From NCBI GenBank assembly GCA_012295275.1, contig CM022672.1, forward strand, positions 23,498,001 to 23,562,000: DNA of 64,000 nucleotides, given 5' to 3'. Below, piece after piece: positions 14,553-28,483 of the stretch. The stretch is from Chrysomallon squamiferum. Taxonomy: Eukaryota > Animalia > Mollusca. Position numbers and translations under genes: made by a program. The notes under the pieces were generated by a model, which had not been told where the DNA came from, did no database searches, and saw nothing but the letters and a program-made list of their open reading frames with translations. Numbering within the stretch: position 1 is the first letter of the stretch; every line of letters starts with the position of its first letter.

Positions 14553-17500
14553 CCACACACACACACAAATAAAGATGCTATAGAAATTATTTCTTTGAAA
14601 TCTTTGAAGTATAAACTGTAAAAAACAATAAAACGCGAGTGCTAATTAGATTATTAATAACAGTTTTCGTTTGGTGTATTTGAATAAAGATATTAATTGA
14701 AATTATTGCACGTTAATTTAATTTGTTAAAAGAGATGAAATATAAGCCAGTATATAAGATTCAACCATTAATTTTTTTTAATGTTTTAATCCTTCTCCTT
14801 TCCAAATCTCTGCTTTTCTTCCAGAAATGTTTGAGACTGAAAGAAAGAGAGAGAATGAGAGAACGATAGAGTTAGACAGAGATAGAGTTAGGGAGAGAGA
14901 AGGATAGAGAGACAGACAGACAGTTAGAGAGAGAAAGAGACAAAGACAGAGATTTGGTGATTTTTTTAACGAAAAACAAATAAATTAGCCGCTTCAGAAT
15001 ACGAATATATTCAAAGACAATTATTCAATTAAAGATCAAGCTTTCCTTTGGTTAAATGCATTGTTACATGAATTATTTATAAAGCGAAGCTTTAGTAAGA
15101 ACAACCAAATTAATTATTTTGATAAATTTATACTACAGAAGCGACACGCCGTACCAATGAACAGCAGCTAAATACAGTCTTTGTTGGAGATGAAATAAGC
15201 TTCTGTGCCTAATTGAATGTACATAACCAAAATAGCAGAACACCAATCATGAAAATAATTATTTTTGGAAATGATCAAAATTTTTGTTTTTGCTTTATGG
15301 GGGCCAGCTGTTTCGAGTTCCATTTGTGTTAATGTGTTACACGAAGTATTTTAGTATATCTTCATAATCAGTTACACTCAGTCAGAATTTGAAATATTTT
15401 TAATTTACTCATCGGGTTTGGTCACAAAATCGTGTAACCAAATCACCTTTTTCATGCTGTTAGGACTAGTGTTTTTGAGAGATATTGGAACTACTGGTTT
15501 AACCATTGCTAATCAGTAACCGACGTTGTGTTTAAAATTTTAACATTTCTTCATAACATATTATATAAATATAAGCATACGTACATACATACATACATAC
15601 ATATATACATACTCACACACACTTACCTACATAGATACATACATACACACATGCATGCATACATATTATATAATCTGTTATGAAGAAATGTTAAAATGTT
15701 ATATGTATATAATATTTAGAGAGAGAATTAGAGAATGTATATGATTGTATGTGTATTTATTTATATAACAAAAGTATGATCATCTACAAAGTTGACTATA
15801 TATTATTTCTTTTTCCAGGCGAGGAAAAAAGATGAAGCTTTTAAACAAAACCATGTCCAGTACTTTCACTTTGAAACAGACGACACAACAAGAAATCTAT
15901 CGTCTATCAAAACGTTATAAATTAAAATAGAAAAAAAAACAAAAAAAAAACATCTGCCACTGCTATGTGATGACTGTTCAAATTTAAACCAGCCCTTAAG
16001 CACAGATTTATAGAGTGGATTACAAACGGCTCCAGAGACAATGCACTCTATAATTATTGGCAGTAAAAATGTATTTTTGTAATAAAGCGATAACAATGTG
16101 AAATTTTGTACTTCTGTAAAGATTTTTTTTTTTTTTTTTTTTTAAAAAGGTTAATGGATTAGAGATTTGCCTCGAGATGTAAGAAATCTGAGAAATGATG
16201 ATGTAGTCGAGGCTATGTTAGGATGGTTGCTTTAACCGTTGTCTCTCTCCCAGACTATGAGTCAGCGACCAGAATTTTACTCACAGAAGTCTGCTTCAGA
16301 ATATCAGTGTGTCTAATTAATAAATAGTTTAATACCCGGAACGGGATAGATTATGCATGATGCGGGTACAGATCATTTATGTATTTATTTACTTACTAAC
16401 TGCATTATAGTTCCATCGTTTGTTTGTATTTACAAGTATTTATTGGGGGTTTTAATATATTTTCAGGAAAAGGAGTAGCAATGATATTATTGTGTTGTTG
16501 TTGTTGTTGTTGTTGTTGGTTAGATGTCCGACGGCCAAGTAACCTGGAGCTGGTACGTGGAAAGAAAAGATATAATAATTAAATTCAGAAAACAGTTCAC
16601 GACAGACTGATAAATGAGGTGACATTGCCAGATGTACAGACTGAACATTGCTGTTTTTTTAAACTTGATCACGACATAATAAATCACTGGTAGATTTCGA
16701 TCTGTTTAATGTAAAATTTTGAACTTATTCTGTTCATTATTTGCTTACGTTTTTGACTGGTTGTGCAGGTCACGTGATAATGAGATTGTCTTAGATTGTT
16801 TTTATATATTATTATTTGCTGTAACAATGTATTTATATACTATTTATTTAAGTGTTTTCTTCTGCTACATGTATCGTCGTCAATGTGTGCTAAATGTGAT
16901 ATAATAATTCATGTTATTAATTTGTTAGGTGACTGAAATTATAATAAATGTATGTGAATATATTTATAACTTTTAGTAGGGATTTGCTTCATTATTCTCA
17001 AAGGTGACTGTTACAACATGGCTGATGAGCAGTTCACCGAGACATGACATGTGTTATAATATAACATGTGTGACAACTGGGATGTGTAATAAAGGGTAGA
17101 GTTACCGTCTTGTGAAGGCAATAGTATATTCATGGCTTTCGTCATTTCCTTATTTATTTATTTATTGTTTGTTTGTTTGTTTGTTTTTAAATTATTTATA
17201 TTATTTGGGTTGTTTGTTGTTGTTTTTTAACTTTTTTCCCTTCTTATTTTTGTCTTCTTTTATGTATCTATTTTTATTTTTAAAACAACTGATTTGTTTT
17301 ATTATACTTGTTGTTTACATAGACAAACACACGTAGGATTTTTCAACTATGAATTACACATTAACCAGATACAATTACCTGTCATTTCCTACCTGTAATT
17401 AGAAAATCATGTGTCACATGGGATATTCATTGATCTTCCAGAAAATATTCTTAAGATATCGGCAGCAGAATCGGTTGGCATGTAGATAGAATCTCCGTTA

Positions 17501-17996
17501 CAGTATAAAAAAAAATTATTATTATTATTATAAAAAGATTTATCACGGAATACGTAATCTTCGTTTTCCTTTCTTCCTGGTAATCAGTTCTCCGTTTTGT
17601 GCAAATAGTCTGCCAATATCGTCTGAATGGTTCAAGGGACACAACTACAATTTCTTTTTAATAGACGTGCCAAAGTACTGTTACGTCCGCTTCGATTACA
17701 TTTGTTCATATAAATATTTTCAGGGATGAACAAAATAATAAAGATCACAGATGGAAATGGCTTTTAGTAACAAGGATTACGATAAAGTTTGTTAGACTTA
17801 ATGTTTTAAGCCCCCTTCGTGAGAAATGTTTTGTAATGTTTGTATGTATGTGAAAGTGCGCGCCCGACTCTTTGTGTGTATATTTATTTATTTGTGGGTG
17901 TGTTTTTATGTGTCTTTATATGTAAAATATTGTCTTTTTTTTTCAGATCATTCATTAACTGATGGTGAATAATAAGAATATATGGTTTAGAAATTA

Positions 17997-18034
<38 letters not shown>

Positions 18035-19019
18035 TTATTTAAATCTTGAAAATAACCGAGTCCATTTGAATTGCCATAAGCTTAAGAATAGCCTTGACTC
18101 CAAACTAGTATAGAAAACTGAGCAGGGCCTTCACGCGAAATTTTGCAAGGCGGTAAACGATCTCTTTGGGGCTCTGAGGCTGGCAAAGATTTTTCTCAAA
18201 ATACTAAAAGAAAAACGAAGTATTTGCGGTGTGATAAGTATAGTGATGTTTGTGTGTGTGAATGTAAGTGTATGTCAGGCTGAGGGTAGTACAAAGTGAC
18301 TGTTCTCGAGGTGGGATGGATGTTGCATGGTTGCTGTGGGGTCCTCCTTAGCTCTTGGGCCCTGGAAGAAAGTACCTGCTGGACTCGTCTGTAATAGGCC
18401 CTGACTCTGGGAATGCAGTCCACCTGTGTACGTTACTGATAAGACTGATAGTCATACACTGAAAGAAAAAGAAGAAATAAGGATAAACAAAAACAAAAAG
18501 ATGATAATTATAATTATGTACTTTACATCTAATTTCTTTTTAAAACAAAAACACGTAAAAAAAATTTTAAAAAAAACACGTGAAAAATATTATTTATTCA
18601 ACCACTATTCTTCGCCTTCACGGCAAAGACTGCAAACGTTCTAGTAAGACTGAGTTATCATTGCAGTTCTAAGTGTCCACGGCTCAAATTCACGATAACT
18701 TGCTAATTTGGTACCTTGCTAGATCGTAGCAAGCTTCCATAAAATATAATTCGTAAAAAATATGTTTTAAGCTTTCAATGCACCAGCAAAACATATTACT
18801 ATTTTAAAATGCATATCAATTGCTTTGCTGACTCAAGTTAGTGCTTTGTCACTGAGGCCATGAAATACAGTTAATTCAGCAATATATATATATATACATA
18901 TATACATACACACACACAGACCCATCCACCCCTTCACATACATGAAAGCAAACTCCTTTTTTCTTTTGCTTGTATTGTACTTTTTTTATTGTGATGCGCC
19001 CACAATTACCTTAATGAAA

Positions 19020-19815
19020 ATTTTTCGTTTTGCGAGTAACTTGTTTCCCTTACCTTTTTATAGCAGAATATATATATATTGAAATACCATTAATCCGTTT
19101 CATCCACACAAAAACCATCCCATTATTTATTTTTTATTTATTTATTTATTTTATTTTTTTATTTTATTTTATTTTTATTTTTTTTTATTTTTTTATTTTT
19201 ATTTATTTATTTTTTGTAACGTGTTTTTAAATAAGAAAAATGTATTTATAAAAACAAAATAAAAAAAAGAATGTAAAGAAATAAATTCTTTTTGTAAAGT
19301 GTATTTATCTTGGAGATCACACACATTATTTTGACGGCTTTGGCTGGAGTTACAGCCTTTATCGACTGCTTCAGCTTCAGTGTGGTACATGTAAAAGTAC
19401 TACGCTCGTACTGCCTAGCCAAGTCGACTACATGCACACCTCGCTCGTGTTTTTCTATGAATTCAAGCTTTGATCCAATGGACATCATCCGCTTCTTCTT
19501 CTCAGCACTGTCCTTTGCACTCACTTTCTTAGGATCCATGGCCAGAAAAAGGAAATTGGACAAAATACTGCTCAAAACGCGAGCCCAACACAACAGCGAT
19601 GCTTCCATGGTGAGTTAACCACGTGAAATAAACGAATGAGACGCGGGATGCTGGCCGGATGTTATGTTGTTCGTTGCGTCAACTAGCTGCGGAGTATCTG
19701 AAGCTCGCTCGTAACTCGGTTTTTGGCTCGCAACTCAAAGCAAGAGCTCCGCCAGGCGACTGCTTGTAACTCAAAAAACTTGTAAGTTGGGCACTCGAAC
19801 CTCGAGGTACCACTG
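19020..19815 (-). mobile_element. Tigger/pogo DNA transposon, internally deleted, retaining the transposase N-terminal HTH
   Basis: TA followed by terminus CAGTGGTACCTCG at 19815 on the minus strand. From ATG 19539 it reads MDPKKVSAKDSAEKKKRMMSI..IEKHERGVHVVDLARQY, a TIGD1/CENP-B-like N-terminus. Tigger-like subterminal ccattaatccgtt at ~19090; left boundary approximate. Confidence 0.85.
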
Positions 19816-21725
19816 TATATGTGTGTATGTGTATATATATATATATATACCAAAAAAAAGACAACAAAACAATATATACATATATATGTATGTATGTATT
19901 GTTTTGTTGTTGTTTTTTGTCAGAGCTCTGAGTGGTGATATAATCTGAATTTTGCTTGGTCGTTTAACAAAAATTCATTACTGCTGTACTCTAACTGTAC
20001 TGGGTCTGAAAATGCAGTTTTATTTGATCACCAATAGTATTGCTAGCATGGATACCTGTAGTTAAAGTGTACATGTGGCGGTCGTCACAAAGTGTGATAC
20101 AAAACAACACTGTTGCTAAACACATTAAAACTCGTTTCTTCATTGAAGCGTGAGTCGTGACGGTCTAGCGGTGTTTACTGACTACAACAATCCGTCTGCC
20201 AATGTATGCGATGACGTAACGATTACAGAGAGGTGATGGTCATTCTGGCTCTTTTCTTTAATAAATTAATTAAGACTGGAAGGAGCGGCAATCAGAAAAG
20301 AAAGAAAGGGGAGAAAAACAACAGCTATGAAATAATAATAAAACGTATGTTGAAAATATTAAGAAAATATTTTGACGGTTTCTGCATATCATCAAAAGTA
20401 CACTTTAAAACACAGACTTAACTGACGAATGAGTGATGTATTATTATGATAATTAATTATTTAATTTATATCGAATGTCAGTACACACAGATATATTGTT
20501 GTTAATGTCTTCCGAATGGTGAGTAAAGTGGGATCATAAAATCTTGCTAAGCCTAGTTTGCTGAACTGTTCTTTAATTTGTTGCTACATCGCATTCATAA
20601 AACTTTTCTAACAGTGTGTCTGCATGTGTGTGTGTATATATTCTGGATACATAATTACTTTTTACAAGTTATTTTTTATTATTTATTTATTTATTTACAG
20701 TTCAATCGTAAGTAATTAATGACGAAGGACAGTAAAACCTCTTTATTAGGCCAGCATCAGTTTTGGCGTATGATTAATTCGCTGAGATCATGAATTACTA
20801 CCTGCCTTTATAATAGCCCCAAAATAGCCGAGCCTGTTTCCCCGCTTGTTTTAGAGAATAACAAAAAGTATGCTGATTTTAGACCCGTTTATTTCCGATC
20901 GTTCGATAAGCTTGAAAATATTAACGAACGAATTTAGGAAGAAAAAAAATTCTAATCGTTGAATCGTTGGTGGATGGGAAAAAAGTCATAGAAAAAAGTC
21001 ACAATTTAGTACAGAAAAAAAAATCGCAATTTTTATATACATCGCTTCTATTTTTATCATTGTCTCGAAGAAGTGCATGATAGATTTTGGTATCTGTTTG
21101 TTGTCAAATTATTAATACCAAGAAATCAATACGAAATCGCATGTTGTTTTGCAAAACAAGTCACGAGAAAAGAGGGGGAGTAAATTTTTTTTTTTTTTTT
21201 TTTTTGTTCTGGTACTTTTTTTTTTTAAAACGTTGTTCAAGGGTTTAATATTTCAAAATAATAACAAAGAAAAAAAAAAGAAGATGTTGTTTAGAAAGGA
21301 TCTTCATTATGACCCTTGTTGTCACATGTTCAGGGAATGGACATTTGACAATACACATGATCAGCTAATTGCAACAACACCATAAAATAAAAGGTACAAA
21401 ATTTTTGAAAATAACTATAATGAAAAATATAGTTTGTATTCAACAAATATGACGAGAAATATAACTGATTTGTATGATTTAAATAGTCTTGATGATTGTA
21501 GACAAGATAGGCTGATGGCGGTTTATCCGGTAATTTTACTAAATGTTTGCATTGCTGTGTGTCTCCTGAATCTTTGGTAGGTGGCAGATGCCGGTGGGGA
21601 TCTGTAAAACCAGGTACATTTATGAATATTTAAAAAGAGACAATCCGTAATCAAACGGGTTTTGGACGATAAACGGACGGTTAGTGATATACAAGAGGAC
21701 GTTATAAACAAGTTTGACTCTATAA

Positions 21726-21992
21726 TAGTGGTTCCCAAACTTTTTCGCTCCATGCCCCACCTCAACATCTAAAAAATGTTTTTGTCCCACTTTGATATAA
21801 AAACAAAAAAAGTTTTGTAAAACTGTATTTACTGTGAAATGAAGTGGAAATCCTTTAAGTAAACAAACTGCTCGTATGTGCTGCCAGATACACGATAACA
21901 TGCGTAGACGAAGTGTAACTGGAAGTTTGGTCGTATTATATCACTTTCAAATTGCACCCTGTGGGGTGTGCGCACCACGTTGGGAATCACTG
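21726..21992. mobile_element. hAT (Charlie-like) MITE
   Basis: Termini TAGTGGTTCCCAA and TTGGGAATCACTG; 8-bp flanks CTCTATAA and GTCTGTAA (6/8 match, Charlie-like target site). Confidence 0.75.
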
Positions 21993-22578
21993 GTCTGTAA
22001 CAATAAAAAGACATTTTTATATATATATGACTGATTTTGTGAATGTAGTAATTGTTTCTTAATGCCCGGATTACACCGTTTATGACTGATCAGCAATGCA
22101 TTTATATTATCTGCCAGCATTTTATTACCCTTGAAGAAATTATAGTAGACTGATGCTTCAGAAGATTTATTCTTCAATACATGACAGGAAACATTTCTTT
22201 TTATTATAGAAGCGCTTAAAAAACTGAGACTTCAGAGAAGGGTCATCAATAAATTATTGTTATATTTACAATGATTATTTATCAGTTTGTTTTCAGAATA
22301 TTATCGATGTTTGTTCATTTTGTCGTTGTATTCTTAAATATTTATTCTTTCATTAAATTATTGTAAACCATTTTGTAGTTGCTGCTTTTTGTTTTTTCAT
22401 TGGTACATAATACATAAAGACTGATAATTAATTGTCTACAATTTTAAAAATATATACCTTTTTGATGTTGTTGATTAAAACATTATTTTTATACTAACGT
22501 ACTTAGTATAATTTATATAGATTACTTGTTTTATTGACTATTTTCTCTATGAAGAAGATAAATGACTTGACTATATAA

Positions 22579-22667
<89 letters not shown>

Positions 22668-22879
22668 CAACGATAATAAAAATATATAATATTTCGAAAT
22701 ATTTTCGTATTTATTTTTATTTCATTAATCTAACTGTTACAAACGAAAAAGAAAAATTGAGAAGAACTACCAGTGTTTCATTTAATGAGATCGCGTTTTG
22801 TACGAGCTTGTTGTGAATAATTTAGGATTAATATTTTATCATGCTAGACGCAGGAAAATATCAGCTGCTTATACTGGAT

Positions 22880-23130
22880 AGCAGTTTCTATTTCGCGATC
22901 TTGGTTAAACATTTAAAACGATGCTCTTCGTTTTGCCAAGACTATACATAAAATAGTAGTTTCTATTTCGCGGTCTTAGTTAAAAATTTAGAGCGATGTT
23001 TTTTCTTTTGCCGAACTACGTATAAGATAATATTTTTCTCTTTCGCTATGTTAGATAAACATTTAAAACGTTGCCCGATCCATGCATATCACAAAAAAAT
23101 ATATATATTTCGTGTTGAACATTTAAAATG
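22880..23130. repeat. Degenerate tandem repeat, ~75 bp unit, about 4 copies
   Basis: TTTCTATTTCGCG.TCTT.GTTAAA.ATTTA.A.CGATG recurs at ~22883, 22958, 23033 and 23108 (increasingly diverged). Confidence 0.7.
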
Positions 23131-23719
23131 ATTCTGCTAACGTTCTAGAACAGTCATCAAACCAAACTACTACCGTTATGATTCAAGGCTACTTAATCAA
23201 TTAATAGCATGAACTGTAGGGCAGAGTCGTTTTCGTGGAACATCCAATTAGGAACACCAGTCATCACTTGCGATTATTTTGGGCAGCACATTGTAAAGTG
23301 TCGCAACGATCCACAGATACACATGTCAGTGACGTGGACTCTGCAAATAGCACCAACGTCATTATCATGCAATGACAGATAAATTTATACGCTGTAAAGT
23401 GTTCACTGCTGTTTTCATATTTATTTTCTGATATTTCGGTAAAAACTAACATTTTCTTTAAAAAGACAGGTTACGCAATATGTTAAATAAAATCTGGAAA
23501 CCTTTATTTCTTAGGTGGAACTAAAAAACTCAAAATCTTTTCATAAATTATTTCATCTGATTGCATTCCAAGTTTAGTATGCTGAAACAGGTTCACCATA
23601 GCTAAAAGAATACAGCTGACTACATATCATACCTACATCACAATATTTCACTGAAGAAAAAAATACATGTATAAGAGAATGTTATATACAATGAAATGAA
23701 ATATTAAAATTTTTGTTTC

Positions 23720-24240
23720 TTTTTTTAACAACATTTCAGCACATTTTAACTTCAGTTATTATTAGATATGAATAATGTTTGTTTTACTATTGCCGCTGTC
23801 CTGTAGGTTACTATTATCAGTTAGAAGCAAGGAGCATTTTACAAGAATCTTTCTGAAGAGAGTATTGGTTCTAACTTCAATCATATCTTGGCTCTGCGTC
23901 CTGCAACCTGTTACATACAGAAGGGCTGAATACACTTTATATAACACAAATTTCACTGTTTTTTTTTTTTTTATAACTATAAGTCAAACGTGGAAAATTA
24001 TTAAGGATATTTTTGCCTTAGCAGCAAGGAATATTTTATATGCAGTTATATAAATCTGTTATAACATATTACCTGTATATTATATTATATTATATTATAT
24101 TATATTATATTATATTATATTATATTATATTATATTATGTACAACTGTCCATAAACATAATCAGTAACACCCTGGCCTTAAATACGATAATTGTAAGCAA
24201 CCTCCAAGAGCGAGAAATAACCCAGTGGAATATGGTCGTC
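23720..24240. mobile_element. Degenerate Nin-domain-type SINE fragment(s)
   Basis: TTTAACAACATTTCAGCACATTTT, TTAGCAGCAAGGAATATTTTATATGCA and GAGCGAGAAATAACCCAGTGG match Nin-SINE motifs from memory. Confidence 0.4.
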
Positions 24241-25804
24241 TGCTATGTTAAAGAAATGTACATTAATATTTTCATTCAGGAGAAACCACCTGCTGTTTTA
24301 CATTTGGCTAATTAGTAATGGTTATAAAACAGAGTTGTTTATCCATAATTTTTTCTGGAGCATAATAACAAACACCACAGAGTAAGAAGAAAAAAAGGAA
24401 TCCCTTTCTTTCGCTATATTATCACAATGAGTCTGCACAAGAAAAAGGAAGTAGACAATAAAAATATAGGATTTAAAGAATTACTTATTATGTAACGATA
24501 CATTTACACTTCGTAGGCAGCAAATAAATAATATGCCATGTTCATTGTCATATTATTGACAGTTCATAATATACCAAAATTATTTACGTTAGAAAATCAT
24601 CCTAATGAAATACAGAAGGGAAAAAAAATCTTTATTGAATTTGCCTGTATTATTTAATTTCAAGCATATTAAAATAAGTTTATGGCTGAAAACCTGATAT
24701 AATTCGCTGTAAGTAATGATCAAGCAAGCCTCGTGTAATCACCAAGAGCACTGTAGCAGCTAGTTCAAACACAGAATTATTCAGACACCCAGTCTTTTTT
24801 ACGCATTACGAAGCATCAAGAAGCAAGCCAGCTGTTATAACAGATTCCCAAGTTGCGTTTGTTTGAATCTCTCTGCTAGAGCACATGCAAGATAGGATAG
24901 TAAATATAATAACCAAACCTTATCTCTCTTCGTTTGAAACAAGGCTCAAATTGTCAAGATACTGCAAGGGGGAGTAACTAGCCCATTTCAGCTTTTCTGT
25001 GTCAAGCAAAATAAAATATATGGTTATAATTAACAGAATGTATTTTTTTTTTTTTTTAATAATAATATTAATTTTATAAAATGCAGTGAATTATATCTAT
25101 ATATATATATATATATCTTAAGTTGCTGTAAATATTCTTCTTTTTTTTTAACAGTTTACTGCTGCCTTGAAAGTCTGGGCAAAACAAAATAATACATGTT
25201 TTAAAGAAAACCGTAAAATATTAATCTGAAATGATAATGTCTGTAATGTTTAATGTTTTTTCTTCAGAAGCAATCGGTATAGACACTTTCGCCATTATTA
25301 TTAATCATAGCCAGTGAAACACTTTCAACGCGTTAAACAGATTTCAAATAAGTGATAAGAACGTCATTCTAGCTAATAATGGCAGTCAATTTTAAGAAGC
25401 ATCGCGACATCTCTCCATCTGTAACAAAAAAAACACTAAAAAATCGATTAAAATAAATGACAAAACGATAGCTTGTTTTAATAAACGGCTATTAATTTTA
25501 ATCATCACGATCACGGCATTTTGTTTTCTCGTAAACGTAAAAGCATATTAAACTTTATTTTGAAAGTTTTTACTTTATGTGGAAAAGGACAGAGTAAGAA
25601 AATCATTTTCAAACTAAATTAAATGTTCAGATTAATGTGCGTGATGACGGCTCTTTTGCCGAAAGCACATTTATCATTGTAAATGAACGTCTAATTCAGT
25701 ATTCATGTACGAATGCTGGCTTCTTTCACGCAAATGTCGCCAATTTCTCTTTCCGGCATAGCCCGGCCCCACTTGCATTATTCATTCATTAATTTATTTG
25801 TTTG

Positions 25805-25889
25805 TTAAATATACCGCTTAAGTTCTTTCAAGCAGTAGTTGTGAGTTAGACGCCTTTGGGAAAACACATAGAAATTTGTACAGGTAAGT
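25805..25889 (+). promoter_or_regulatory. Candidate core promoter and 5' non-coding exon of the AKH gene
   Basis: TATA-like TTAAATATA at ~25805, GC-rich CCCGGCCCC at ~25762, and a consensus donor CAG|GTAAGT at 25884. The AKH ATG lies just 3' of an acceptor, which implies an upstream exon. Confidence 0.45.
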
Positions 25890-26494
25890 AAACAAGTTCT
25901 TAAGAGAAAAAGTCTGTTTAAGATTTTTTCTTCTTTTTTTTTCAATATTTATTTTTAAATAAGATATAGGATGCTAGATTTAAATTCTTTCTTGACTTCA
26001 TTTTTTTTAGTAGGCAAAATAGACTGTTCAAGTCAATTTTCTTTATCTCCTATAGAAAGCTAAACGGTTTGTTTCAAAGGCTTCGTGTATTTTTGAAGAG
26101 TAAACACGTTGGAGTTAAGCAAAGATTTGTTTTAAAGATTTTTTTTTTTTTTTTATTTTTACGGAAGAAAGTTTGCAAAGCGTTGGCAAAGCATTTATTT
26201 TCGGATTGCTTGCTAACCTTCGAATAAATGATCAAGTTTATTTTATAATGAAATACTGGGAAAAATAGTTTTGATATTTTTTCGACGAGATGTTCTGAAT
26301 TATAGACATTTGTCACTTAAATTAGGATTTCACTACAAATATTTTTAAATATCTTTAAACTAATACCAAATATTTTCACTTTGTTTGGCAGCATTTATTA
26401 ACTATTTTATTAAACTTGAATAGTTATAACACTGGCAAATATGTCTTGCTCTCTCTTTCTCTTTCTGTGTGTGTGTATGTGTGGTGTATGTGGG

Positions 26495-26579
<85 letters not shown>

Positions 26580-26973
26580 GACACATGGTCGTTATAAAGT
26601 CCTTGTGCAATTTTAAATTTTTCTTCTTCATCCTTTCTTGATCCTATTCTCTTGAAATAAGATGATGCGATGTTACACACACAAAGACACCAGCAGTCAC
26701 ACACCTAGCAAATACACATGCGAACGTTGACCTTCATTTGCATTTATTCTAACGAGTTGGCCATCTGTCTGTCACTTTGACTCGATATTGATACGTACAT
26801 TGATTAAAATAAATATTTAAATTTAATTATCCTGCCATGATTTTGTTTTCTGTGATATACTCGCTTCGAGCACAGTATTATTATTATTATTATTTAAATT
26901 ATTTGTTTATATTCATAAATTTTGGAGGACTTAAAATTGACCTCGATATACGTAATGTCAGTTTCTGGCTAGC

Positions 26974-27603
26974 TTTTTATTCCGGGGTGTGTTTAAACAT
27001 TCATTTGCAGTTTTCCACTTTTTGATGGAGCGACTTTGACTATCATTCGTAGAATCCGTTATTTTAGCTGTTTTTGGTGAACTGTGATTGAGAAAAAGCT
27101 AGAGATCTAGAGTGAAATTTTATCATTTAATTAACAGATTTTGGAAATTTAAGTTTTTTATTCCGGGGTATGTTTAAACATTAATTTGCAGTTTCCCACT
27201 TTTTGACTATCATTCGTAGAATCGGTTATTTTTGCTGTTATTGGTGAACTGTGATTGAGAAAAAGCTTCAAGAGAACTAGATTCCGTTACATCATTTAAT
27301 TAAAATTGATTTTGGAAATTTAAATTTTTTTTTTCGGAAATGTTTAAATATTAATTTGCAGTTTCTAGAGATTTTGACTATCATTTTATCATTTTATTTT
27401 TGATTTTGAAAATTTAAAACTTTTATTCCGGGTTATGTTTAAACATTCAGATTCCAGTTTCCCAGAATTTTGATGGATAAAATTTGATCATTCGTAGAAT
27501 CAACAAATTTTTTTATGAAATTGCGAATTAACTGTGATTGAGAAAAAGCTAGAGATCTAGAGAGAAATTTTATCATTTAATTAACAGATTTTGGAAATGT
27601 AAA
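26974..27603. repeat. Tandem repeat, ~175-180 bp unit, about 4 copies, in the putative AKH intron 1
   Basis: TTTTTATTCCGGG..TGTTTAAACATT...CATTCGTAGAATC...AACTGTGATTGAGAAAAAGCT recurs at ~26974, 27155, 27325 (partial) and 27421. Confidence 0.88.
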
Positions 27604-28483
27604 GTTTTGCATGGTGATGATATAAAAAGCCGTTGCAGGCATTCGATTAGCTTACAGAGCAAACCATGGTATTTCAGAAAACTAGTTTACTTATAAAAAA
27701 ATGAACTATTTAATACACATTAATAAAAAATTTTAGGTGCTTCAGAAATTTTAAAAATATAAAATAAAATATGAGAAAATAAATCAAACGTACTTTTTCC
27801 GATCATTTAAACCTGTCATAAGGAGTGCAATAATATACATACTGTTTTAAAAGATGTTGCTGCTTTTCACTAAGAGTAGAGTTTCTTCTCTAAGTTGTTG
27901 GAAATGATTACATAATTTATTCCTAGTATTGTTATTATTTAAATGTAATGTCGCTAAGAAAAAATAATAATATTTACATAACAATGGTGTTAATTTTTTG
28001 TATTTAGATTGACACATTAGATTGAAAATTGACACATTTATAGGTTTTTCTTTTCTATTTCTTTTCTTTTTGTCTAGAAATCAGTTTTTTGTTATTGTTA
28101 TTTCTATGGTGAGAGGAAAGGGTGATAGATAACTTTAGCGAACTCGAATTGCCAGATACTGACGCTAGTAACCAATGAATGCAACAAAAATGTGTTTTTA
28201 TGTGCTTACAGTTTAAAACAAACCGAATAAGATAAGTCAGAATAAAATTTAAAAATTATTAGAAAGAGAAAACATAGCTGGATAATATTCAACATCTATA
28301 AATGTGTAAATGTCAAACACTCAAACAGGGAAGACAAATTATATTTTATGCGTCTGTAAAACATTTACCAAAAATCAGTGTAGCTGTAACTGAACTATTC
28401 ATTATAGCATGGTCTTTCAAGACAATATTTTACGATGATTGCAGTTTGATTCACCGTTGATATTCTTAGTATTCCTTCAGTAA

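Noticed and set aside
15819-15920. Orphan acceptor ttttccAG followed by a short open frame (similar cases at 3545 and 13151)
   Set aside because: No recognisable product and no matching donor; expected by chance in AT-rich DNA.
17545-17650. Minus-strand frame containing ...ITRKKGKRR, a possible third neuropeptide exon
   Set aside because: No signal peptide, no pQ/W motif and a poor splice acceptor.
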